NCBI GenBank assembly: GCA_964358065.1 | Contig: CAYHNV010000004.1 | Coordinates: 1-41,554, forward strand | From: an uncultured Elusimicrobia bacterium | Lineage (GTDB): Bacteria > Elusimicrobiota > Elusimicrobia > UBA1565 > UBA9628 | Direction: 5' to 3' | Length of the DNA: 41,554 nucleotides | In this document: in pieces, positions 19,819 to 27,262 of the stretch | Layout of the letters: every line of letters begins with the position of its first letter | Numbering within the stretch: the stretch's first letter is position 1 | Notes under the pieces: model-generated | Told to the model about the DNA's origin: nothing | Database searches by the model: none | The model's input: the letters and a program-made list of their open reading frames with translations, nothing else | Program-made: the position numbers and the translations under genes

Positions 19819-20885
19819 GTGACTGCTCCAGAGGCCAACTCTTCCAGCCATTGCGCGGACATGTCCCGCGCGAAGGGGTCGTGGTGGGACAGGCCCTTCT
19901 CCAGGGCCTGCCGACCGGCTTCCCCCATCTGAGCCAAGGCCTCTCCTGTATTGAGTCTCACCCACCAAGCCCTGTCGCCCAGACCGCCGACGAGTTGCGG
20001 TATGGCCTCCTCAAATTTAAGCTTTCCGAGCGCCCAAGCGGCCTTGGCTCGCAGCTCCCAGCAGTCATCCGCGAGCAATCGGACCAGATGCTTGCCGGCG
20101 CTGCGCTCTCCCAATAGGGCCAGGGCCCGGCAGACGGCGATTTTGATTTCCAGATTGGGGGAGGATAGATAAGGCACAAGCAGCGCCTGTGCGCCCTGGT
20201 CTTTGAATTCCCCCAAGGAATTGATGGCCGTGATGCGGACATTATCGTCGACGTGATTCAGCAGGACCTCGAGGGTGGGCACGGTCCGGCTTCCAAGCAG
20301 GCGGATAATATTGGCCAAGCTCAAGGTGGCCAGCCTTGAGTGCGAAGAGAGAGACTGGATCATCGCTTCCACGGCCTCGATTTCCCCCAGTTGGCCCAGC
20401 GCCCAACAAACAGTCAGGCGGACCTCTAAAGAGCGATCTCGCAGCAAGGAAATCAGAGCGGGGGCGGCTTTGTGACACAGCATCGAGCCAAGGCGCTTGG
20501 CCGCCTGGGCGCGCACCCACCAGCGCCAGCTCTTGAGCCGCCGTAATTCGGCATCGGCAAAACCTTGGTACTCAAAAATTTCGTTCAGTCTCCTCAATCC
20601 GAAACCGCTTGCGGTCTGAGAACAATCGAGGAGGTAATTCTCCACGACTTCCCAATCCCCGAAGCGGATTCTTGGAAGAAGAAAGAGATCGGGGCGGGCA
20701 TTGGACTGGCCGGCCATTGCCTGAAGAATGAGCGGGATATAAAAGTCTTTTCGTTTTTCCGAGTAATTGGCCCAGAGACGACGCGACAGCTTCGAGAGAA
20801 CCAGCGCCAGCGCAAGCAGCAAGACGAAGCCGCCCAAAAAAGCGGTCATATTCAGGCTGATTCTGAAAAATAATTCTGCATTCAT
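19815..20885 (-). CDS. Membrane-anchored HEAT-repeat (PBS-lyase-like) protein
   Basis: N-terminal TM (AFLGGFVLLLALALVL). Repeats 'LL.D....VR..A..ALG.LG', e.g. WWVRAQAAKRLG, WELRAKAAWALG, WWVRLNTGEALA. Confidence 0.88.
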   Translation of the reverse strand: MNAELFFRISLNMTAFLGGFVLLLALALVLSKLSRRLWANYSEKRKDFYIPLILQAMAGQSNARPDLFLLPRIRFGDWEVVENYLLDCSQTASGFGLRRLNEIFEYQGFADAELRRLKSWRWWVRAQAAKRLGSMLCHKAAPALISLLRDRSLEVRLTVCWALGQLGEIEAVEAMIQSLSSHSRLATLSLANIIRLLGSRTVPTLEVLLNHVDDNVRITAINSLGEFKDQGAQALLVPYLSSPNLEIKIAVCRALALLGERSAGKHLVRLLADDCWELRAKAAWALGKLKFEEAIPQLVGGLGDRAWWVRLNTGEALAQMGEAGRQALEKGLSHHDPFARDMSAQWLEELASGAVT

Positions 20886-20893
20886 CGGGAGAG

Positions 20894-20914
20894 TCTCATT
20901 CTATATCAATGAGA
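20894..20914. promoter_or_regulatory. Inverted repeat (operator candidate) overlapping the -10 of the HEAT-GT2-YaiO operon
   Basis: TCTCATT-N7-AATGAGA with perfect arms. Minus-strand TAGAAT lies at 20903-20898. Confidence 0.45.
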
Positions 20915-21017
20915 AGTGCGACTGGAACGTCATTTCCCGGGAAGTGCTGACGCGGGGCGGCGTTCAGCGGCGGGCGGTCAGGCGCGGGGCCAGGAGGTCC
21001 GGGGTTCCAAGGAATCG

Positions 21018-21899
21018 TTACGCGCTTTTGAGCGCCGCGATGCGGACCTCGAGCGGCGGGTGGGTGGAGAAGAGCGCCAGCAGGCCGCCACGGCCCCCCG
21101 CTATCTTGAGGCTGGCGTAGGCGGGCTGGGACTCGATGGGCTCGTAGCGGCGCCGCAGGGCTTCCAGCGATGCGATCATGCTGCCCGTGCCCGCCAGCTT
21201 CGCGCCGCCCGCGTCCGCGCGGAACTCGCGCCGGCGGGAGAACCAGGCCACGGCGATGGAGCCGAGAAGGCTCAAGGCGATCTCCAGGACGATGGTGATC
21301 GCGAACTGCACCATGCGGCGGTTGTCGCGCTCGGAACTTTGGGCCACGGCGAAGGCGATGACGCGGGCCAGGAACATGACGAAGGCGTTGACCACGCCCT
21401 GGATGAGGGTCATGGTGACCATGTCGCCGTTGGCGACGTGGGTGAGTTCGTGGGCCAGCACGCCCTCCAAGTCGGAGCGGCTCATGGAGGCGAGCAGGCC
21501 CGTCGAGACGGCGACCAGGGCGCGGGACCTGGTGGGGCCGGTGGCGAAGGCGTTGAGCTCGGGGCTCTCATAGATGCCGACCTGGGGCATGACGGGCAAG
21601 CCGGCGGTTCGGGCCAGGCGGTGGACGGTGGAGACCAGCTCCAGGGCCTCGCCGCGAGCGTCCTGGGGGTCGACGACCCGTACGCCCATGGACCACTTGG
21701 CGATGACGCGCGACAGGCTCAGCGAGATGAAGGCGCCTCCCATGCCCCAGACGAGGCAGAACATCATCAGGGCGTTGTAGTCGATGCCTCGGGCGGAGAA
21801 ATAGGGACGCACGCCCAAGACCTGGAGGGTGATCGACAAGGTCACGACCACCAGGAGGTTGACGGCCATAAACAGGAAGATGCGCTTAAACCAGGTCAT
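21018..21899 (-). CDS. htpX: Membrane zinc metalloprotease HtpX (M48)
   Basis: MTWFKRIFLF, NAFATG, AVSTGLL, GVLAHELTH (HExxH), NGDMVTMTL, SRRREFRAD, STHP. Confidence 0.96.
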   Translation of the reverse strand: MTWFKRIFLFMAVNLLVVVTLSITLQVLGVRPYFSARGIDYNALMMFCLVWGMGGAFISLSLSRVIAKWSMGVRVVDPQDARGEALELVSTVHRLARTAGLPVMPQVGIYESPELNAFATGPTRSRALVAVSTGLLASMSRSDLEGVLAHELTHVANGDMVTMTLIQGVVNAFVMFLARVIAFAVAQSSERDNRRMVQFAITIVLEIALSLLGSIAVAWFSRRREFRADAGGAKLAGTGSMIASLEALRRRYEPIESQPAYASLKIAGGRGGLLALFSTHPPLEVRIAALKSA

Positions 21900-23119
21900 T
21901 GTTGTTCACCTCGATACCTGACAATTTTAGTCGTGAATTGTTTCCGTGTCAAGAGGCCCAGCACGAGGCCGACGGCGCTGACCGATGCCGCGAGCAGCGC
22001 CCAGGCGTGCAGCCGCTCGTGGCCGATCAGGAAGCCCGCGGCGAGCGGCGAGAGGATCGAGGAGGTGGAATTGAGGGATTGCGTCAGGCCCAGCACCACG
22101 CCCTGTTCGCCGCGGCCGACGTGCCGGGTGACCAGGCTGGTCAGCGCCGGGCGCAGGACGCCGGTGCCGAAGGCGATCGCCGTGAAGGCCGCGAGAAGCA
22201 TCGCCAGCGGCCCGGTGAAGGCGAGCGCGGTCAGACCCGCCGCGGCGGCGAGAAATCCCGCGCGCGCCAGAGCGCTCTCGCCGAAGCGCTTGACCAGGCG
22301 TCCCAACAGTCCGCCCTGGATGATCACGCCGATGAGGCCCGAGTAGGCGTAGAGGTAGCCGACCTCCTTGGCCGTGTAGGAAAATCGGTCCTTGGCGAAG
22401 AGCGCGAAGCCGGCCATGAAGAGGGAGAACATCACGCAGAAGAGGAAGAACTGGACCAGGACCGCAGCCAGCGCCGGGCGCCGGAAATACTGCGCGTAGG
22501 CGCCCCAGTCGAACAGGCCCAGGCGCTTGCCGCCCGGGCCGGACTCGTCGGCTTGCGGACGGGCCTCGGGCAGCAGGAAGTAGGTGCACAGCACGCTGGT
22601 CAAGGAGAGCCCCGCCGCGGCCCAGGCGGGATAGGCGTAGTCGTACTGCGCGAGGAAGCCCGAGAGCGCCGGGCCGATCAAAAATCCAAGGCCGAAGGCG
22701 ATGCCGATGACTCCGAAGGACTTCGCCCGCTGGTCGGGCTCGGTCACATCCGAGATATAGGCCTGCGCCAAGGATAGGTTGCCGGCCGTGATGCCGTCGA
22801 GGACGCGGGAGAAGAAGATCCATCCGAGCGTGGGCGCCCAGCCCAAGACGAGGAAGCCCGCGAAGGTCCCCAACTGGCTGAGGATCAAGAGCGGCCGGCG
22901 GCCGTGGCGGTCGGAGAGCTTGCCGAGGACGGGCCCGGCGACCAACTGGCAGAGGGCGTAGGTCGTGAAGAGCAGGCCGACGAGTTGGGCGGAGGCTCCG
23001 TAGTGCAGGGCGTAAAACGGCAGGAGCGGCAGGATCATCGTCATGCCGAGGATGTCCACCGCCACGATCAGGAAGATCGGGAGAAGGACGTTCTTCGGCT
23101 TGTCGCGCTCGGGGCTCAC
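21896..23119 (-). CDS. MFS transporter, TetA/DHA1-like
   Basis: About 12 hydrophobic segments, motif A GKLSDRHGRRP, AYISD, GFLIGPALSG. Confidence 0.92.
   Translation of the reverse strand: MSPERDKPKNVLLPIFLIVAVDILGMTMILPLLPFYALHYGASAQLVGLLFTTYALCQLVAGPVLGKLSDRHGRRPLLILSQLGTFAGFLVLGWAPTLGWIFFSRVLDGITAGNLSLAQAYISDVTEPDQRAKSFGVIGIAFGLGFLIGPALSGFLAQYDYAYPAWAAAGLSLTSVLCTYFLLPEARPQADESGPGGKRLGLFDWGAYAQYFRRPALAAVLVQFFLFCVMFSLFMAGFALFAKDRFSYTAKEVGYLYAYSGLIGVIIQGGLLGRLVKRFGESALARAGFLAAAAGLTALAFTGPLAMLLAAFTAIAFGTGVLRPALTSLVTRHVGRGEQGVVLGLTQSLNSTSSILSPLAAGFLIGHERLHAWALLAASVSAVGLVLGLLTRKQFTTKIVRYRGEQQ
21914..21938. promoter_or_regulatory. Second Rrf2/IscR type-1-like operator, upstream of htpX
   Basis: Minus strand reads ATTCACGACTAAAATTGTCAGGTAT, 21/25 identical to the suf operator. 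Overlaps the htpX -10 and expected TSS. Confidence 0.7.
21924..21952 (-). promoter_or_regulatory. sigma70 promoter for htpX embedded in the 3' end of the MFS gene
   Basis: TTGACA (21952-21947), 17 nt, TAAAAT (21929-21924). SD GAGGTG precedes ATG 21899. Confidence 0.75.
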
Positions 23120-23141
23120 CGGGGCGTCCGCGCGGCGCGGG

Positions 23142-24137
23142 TCAGCAGCGGCCCGCGCTGCCCAGGACTTTTTCGTTCTTGTCCGCGTACATCTTGATGA
23201 GCTCCTCTCGGGCGGGTCCCAGATACTTGCGCGGGTCGAACTCTCCCGGCTTCTCGATGAAGACCTTGCGGATGGCCGCGGTCATGACCAGGCGGCCGTC
23301 GGAGTCGATGTTGATCTTGCAGACGGAGGACTTGGCGGCCCGGCGGAGCTGCTCCACCGGGATGCCGGCCGTGTTCTCCATCTTGCCTCCGTGCTTGTTG
23401 ATGGCGGCGATGAGCTCCTGCGGAACGCTCGAGGCTCCATGCAGGACGATGGGAAATCCCGGCAGGAGCTTTTCGCTCGCCTCGAGGATGTCGAAGCGCA
23501 GGGGCGGGACGGCCTCGCCGGGCTTGAGCTTGAACTTATAGGCGCCGTGGCTGGTGCCGATCGAGATGGCCAGCGAGTCCACGCCGGTCTTCTTGACGAA
23601 CTCCTGAACATCTTGGGGATTCGTGTAATTCGATTTCTCGTGGGAGACCTCATCCTCGATGCCGGCCAGCACGCCTAGCTCGCCTTCGACGCTCACGTCA
23701 CGGGGATGGGCGTAGTCGACGACCTTCTTGGTGAGGGCGATGTTCTCCGCGAAGGGCAGGTGCGAGGCGTCGATCATCACCGAGGAGAAGCCGCTGTCGA
23801 TGCAGGACTTGCAGAGCTCGAAGGTGTCGCCGTGGTCGAGGTGAAGGGCGACGGGGATGGGCACGCCCATTTCCTTCATCATCTCCAGCGCGCCCCGTCC
23901 CATCCAACGCAGCAGCGTGGCGTTGGCGTAGTCGCGAGCGCCCTTGGACACCTGCAGGATGACCGGGGATCGGCTTTTCATGCAGGCGGTCAGGATCGCC
24001 TGGAGCTGCTCCATGTTGTTGAAATTGTAGGCGGGGACGGCGTAGCCTTCCTTCATCGCCTTGCGGAACATTTCCTTCGTGTTCACGAAGCCCAATTCCT
24101 TGTAGGTGACGGTCTTGCTCTCGGTCGCGGTGGTCAT
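23142..24137 (-). CDS. fba: Class II fructose-1,6-bisphosphate aldolase
   Basis: YAVPAYNFNN, HLDHG, MIDASH, VEGELG, ISIGTSHGAYK, VLHGASS, KINID. ATG 24137 has SD GGAGG; the ORF-track extension to 24290 is unlikely. Confidence 0.95.
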   Translation of the reverse strand: MTTATESKTVTYKELGFVNTKEMFRKAMKEGYAVPAYNFNNMEQLQAILTACMKSRSPVILQVSKGARDYANATLLRWMGRGALEMMKEMGVPIPVALHLDHGDTFELCKSCIDSGFSSVMIDASHLPFAENIALTKKVVDYAHPRDVSVEGELGVLAGIEDEVSHEKSNYTNPQDVQEFVKKTGVDSLAISIGTSHGAYKFKLKPGEAVPPLRFDILEASEKLLPGFPIVLHGASSVPQELIAAINKHGGKMENTAGIPVEQLRRAAKSSVCKINIDSDGRLVMTAAIRKVFIEKPGEFDPRKYLGPAREELIKMYADKNEKVLGSAGRC

Positions 24138-24164
24138 GTCTTCCTCCAGAATGCCGACAAGACA

Positions 24165-24170
24165 ATCATA
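24165..24170 (-). promoter_or_regulatory. Putative -10 of fba
   Basis: TATGAT in the AT-rich divergent spacer. No convincing -35. Confidence 0.4.
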
Positions 24171-24192
24171 CAAAAATGGTTGAATGTGGTTC

Positions 24193-25911
24193 ATGGGTGC
24201 CCCCCGCCCACACGAGGCGCTGGTCGTCTTGCGCGCCCTGGAAGACATGGCCTGCGCCGATCCTTTGAACGTGCGCGGCGTTCTGGCCACCTTGCTGACG
24301 CTCGACGGCGCTCTGTGCGAGCGCTCGGGCGCGATGGTTCTTTTCTGCGACGAGGCGGCTGCGGGTGTCGAGGGAGCGCGGAACCTGGGGAGCCTTCCCG
24401 GGGGCCTGAAGATCGAAGTCGAGAAGGCGATCTCCTCTCAGTCCTGCTCCGCGGTCGAGTTCGACCTGGACGAGGACGAAGCCCTTTTTGGCCCCGGGGG
24501 TCTGGTCGGCAAAGCGGAGGTGTGGCTCGAACCTGTCACCGGGGAGCTGCGAGAGAGCCTGCGTTCGGTGCGCGAGGCGCTTCTGCGCGGCGAGGGGCTG
24601 GTCGCCGAGCTCTCTTTGGCGGGTACGGAGGCGGGCCGGCGGCGGCACTTCCCTCCGGAGCATCCCGTCGTGAAGGCCTGCTACGGCGAGGGCGCCGCCG
24701 AACTGGAGGAGGAGGCCGGGCGCGAGGGCGTGCGCCGTGTATTCCGCTTGCCGTTGATCCCCATGGGCAAGGCTTTGCTTCTCGGTTCCGGAGAGGACGT
24801 TCGGCGCCTGGCCGAACTCTTGGACCGTCTCGGCTTCGTCGTGACCGTGGCGGATCACCGTCCGGGCCGTCTGCGTGGGCCCGGCTGGGACCGGGCGCGC
24901 TGGCAGCTCATCGAGGGCGGCTGGGATGCCGCGCGCGCGGCGGCGCGGCCCGACTCAGACACCTACATCGTGGTCATGACGCATAGCCATTCCGCCGACG
25001 GTCGGGGACTCAAGGGCGCCCTGCAGAGCCCCGCCCGCTACGTCGGCCTGATCGGGCCGGTGGGAAGGGCCATGAAGCTCCTCTGCGAGCTCAAGGAGAA
25101 AGGCGTGGAGCCTCGTCCCGGCGTGTTCTCGGCGCCCGCGGGGCTGGATGTCGGCGCGAAGACTCCGGAGGAGACGGCTTTGGCCGTGGCCGCGGAGGTC
25201 CTGGCCCTGCGCTTCGACCGCCGGGGCGGACGTCCTGCGCGGCTGCGCAGCGCCGGTTCTTCGCCCGCTCAGCGCAAGGGGGGGGTGAAGGTCCCGGGGC
25301 TGGTCCTGGCCGCGGGCCGGGGGCGCCGCTTCGGTGCGACTCCCAAGATGCTCGCGGACGTCGACGGCCTGCCGGTCCTGCGCCATGTCGTCGAGGCGGC
25401 GCTTGCCTCGCGCTTGGATCCCGTGATCGTGGTGCTCGGCAGTTCGGCCGAGGCCGGCCTGCGGGCTCTCCAGGGTCTGGAGGACCCGCGCCTGCGCGTG
25501 GTTTTCAATCCCGCCTGGAAGTCCGGCAAGGCCTCCAGCTTCGAGGTCGGTCTGCGCGAGGCGCCCGCGGACGCGCCCGGCGTGGTGGCCCTGCTGGGGG
25601 ACATGCCGCGCGTCAAGACCTGGCTCATCGAGCGCGTGCTGGCGGAGTTCGAGCTGTCGGGCCGGCTCTGCTTTCCCACGGTCCCCGGCGCCGAGGGCGC
25701 GGTGAAGGGGCATCCGACCGCCTACCCGCGAGAGCTCTTCAGCGAGGTCCGCCAGCTCGTGGGCGATGACACCGCCATGTCCGCCGCCCGGCGCCATTGG
25801 TCGCAGGCCGTGAAGATCCCGCTCGAGGACGCTTCCACGCAGGTTGACATCGACACCGCCCAGGACCTCGAGCTGCTGAAGGTCCAGCCCGAGCAGGGCC
25901 GGTTGCTCTAG
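24193..25911 (+). CDS. XdhC/CoxI-family maturation factor fused to a MocA/YgfJ-like nucleotidyltransferase
   Basis: XdhC-C motifs VVMTHSH, YVGLIG, PAGLDVGAKTPEETALAVAAEV, then GLVLAAGRGRRFG..K, NPAWKSGKASS, LGDMP, GHP, DIDT..D. Start is 24193 or 24184. Confidence 0.82.
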   Translation: MGAPRPHEALVVLRALEDMACADPLNVRGVLATLLTLDGALCERSGAMVLFCDEAAAGVEGARNLGSLPGGLKIEVEKAISSQSCSAVEFDLDEDEALFGPGGLVGKAEVWLEPVTGELRESLRSVREALLRGEGLVAELSLAGTEAGRRRHFPPEHPVVKACYGEGAAELEEEAGREGVRRVFRLPLIPMGKALLLGSGEDVRRLAELLDRLGFVVTVADHRPGRLRGPGWDRARWQLIEGGWDAARAAARPDSDTYIVVMTHSHSADGRGLKGALQSPARYVGLIGPVGRAMKLLCELKEKGVEPRPGVFSAPAGLDVGAKTPEETALAVAAEVLALRFDRRGGRPARLRSAGSSPAQRKGGVKVPGLVLAAGRGRRFGATPKMLADVDGLPVLRHVVEAALASRLDPVIVVLGSSAEAGLRALQGLEDPRLRVVFNPAWKSGKASSFEVGLREAPADAPGVVALLGDMPRVKTWLIERVLAEFELSGRLCFPTVPGAEGAVKGHPTAYPRELFSEVRQLVGDDTAMSAARRHWSQAVKIPLEDASTQVDIDTAQDLELLKVQPEQGRLL

Positions 25912-25916
25912 AGTCT

Positions 25917-27227
25917 TTAGGCGCGCGCGGCGATGCGCGCGCAGGCCTCATCGATGGTCATGGCCTGCTCCTCGCCGGTCTTGAGGGCTTTGACTTGGAG
26001 GACCCCGCGCGCGGCTTCCTCGGGGCCGATGACCAGGGCGTAGGCGGCCTTCTTGAGGTCGGCGTATTTGAACTGGTTCTTGAGCTTGCCGACGCCGGGA
26101 TAGATGTCGACGCAGAGCCCCTTGGCGCGCAGGGCGGCGGAGACCTCCAGGGCGCGTCCGCGCAGCTCGTCGGAGAAGACGGTCATGACCGCGTCGGGGG
26201 CGCCGGGGTCCTCGGGCGTGCCCGCGTCTTCCAGCAGGAGCATCAGGCGCTCGAAGCCGATGGAGCCGCCGCAGGCGGGCGTGTGCGGGGCGCCGAAGTT
26301 CTCGGTGAGATTGTCGTAGCGCCCGCCGCCGCCGAGTGAGCCGGAGATGGAGGGATGGCGGAACTCGAAGACGGGGCCGGTGTAGTAGTCGAAGCCGCGC
26401 ATGAGGCTGGGGCGGAGGACGAAGAGCTCGGGATGCTTCGAACCTGCCTTTAGCGCGGTGAGGATGTGCCCGAGACGCTCAACGGCCGCGGGAGCGGCGG
26501 CCTTCAGGAACGCGAGGTCCGGGGTGTCGGTCATCATCGCGGCTTCGAGCATCTTCGTCGCGTCCGCGCCGACTTCGGTCGCCAGGTCCGTCAGGACCCT
26601 CGCGCGTTCGACCTTGTCGAGCTTATCGAGAATGACGCAGGCCGCCACGCGCTTGTCGGCGCTCACGCCCGCCTGATCGAGCACGGCGTAGATGAGGGAG
26701 CGGTCGTTGAGGTTCACGGTCGGGTGGTCCACGCCGAGTGCCGCGAACACCGCGCAGATGGCCGTGATGACCTCGACCTCGGCTCCCCAGGAGTCGGAGC
26801 CGATGATGTCGACGTCGCATTGCGTGAACTCGCGGTAGCGTCCTTTCTGGGCGCGCTCGGCCCGCCAGACGGGGCCCAGGTTGAAGGCCTTGAACGGGTG
26901 CGGGAGCAGCGAGCCGTGCTTGGAATAATACCGGGCCAGCGGCAGGGTCAGATCGAAGCGCAGGCCGAGGTCGGCCAGTTCCGTCTTCTCCGCTTGGGCG
27001 CGGTCCAGGGACTCGCCGCGCTTGAGGAGCTTGAAGATGAGCTTCTCATTTTCGCCGCCGCCCTTGCCGAGGAGGACGGAGAGGTCCTCGACGGCGGAGG
27101 TGGCCACGGGCTGGAAGCCGAAGGAGCGGTAGACCCGGGAGATGGTCTCGATGGCGCCATGCCGCGCGGCGACGGCGGCGGGCAGGAAGTCTCGGAACCC
27201 CGATGGGGGCGTGGTGGCAATTGGCAT
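25917..27227 (-). CDS. hisS: Histidine--tRNA ligase
   Basis: GFRDF, LRFDLT, WRAERAQKGRYREFTQCDVD, RGFDYYTG, GGGGRYD, GSIGFER, anticodon-binding domain. Confidence 0.97.
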   Translation of the reverse strand: MPIATTPPSGFRDFLPAAVAARHGAIETISRVYRSFGFQPVATSAVEDLSVLLGKGGGENEKLIFKLLKRGESLDRAQAEKTELADLGLRFDLTLPLARYYSKHGSLLPHPFKAFNLGPVWRAERAQKGRYREFTQCDVDIIGSDSWGAEVEVITAICAVFAALGVDHPTVNLNDRSLIYAVLDQAGVSADKRVAACVILDKLDKVERARVLTDLATEVGADATKMLEAAMMTDTPDLAFLKAAAPAAVERLGHILTALKAGSKHPELFVLRPSLMRGFDYYTGPVFEFRHPSISGSLGGGGRYDNLTENFGAPHTPACGGSIGFERLMLLLEDAGTPEDPGAPDAVMTVFSDELRGRALEVSAALRAKGLCVDIYPGVGKLKNQFKYADLKKAAYALVIGPEEAARGVLQVKALKTGEEQAMTIDEACARIAARA

Positions 27228-27234
27228 GGCGGAT

Positions 27235-27243
27235 AGGTTAGCA
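27235..27243 (-). promoter_or_regulatory. Extended -10, probable leaderless hisS transcript
   Basis: TG-C-TAACCT, 7 nt, then ATG 27227. No SD. Confidence 0.55.
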
Positions 27244-27262
27244 AAGGTCCGGCCCCTGATCC

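Larger units (their letters stand above)
17607..20945. other. Lower-GC three-gene insertion (candidate acquired cassette)
   Basis: Visibly more A/T-rich with many A/T-ending codons relative to the flanks. Boundaries are approximate. No mobility gene or flanking repeat seen. Confidence 0.55.

Noticed and set aside
17607-20945. Low-GC cassette as an IS, prophage or integrative element
   Set aside because: No transposase, integrase, tRNA target or terminal/direct repeats were found, so it is kept only as a compositional anomaly.
20920-21017. Possible riboswitch upstream of the HEAT-GT2 operon (hairpin around TTCCCGGGAA, 20934-20943)
   Set aside because: I could not match c-di-GMP-I/II or other aptamer consensus, and it lies upstream of the apparent -10. 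An Infernal/Rfam scan would settle it.
21896-23119. Calling the MFS gene tetA (tetracycline resistance)
   Set aside because: Only family-level similarity, with no tetR or mobile context. The substrate cannot be inferred.
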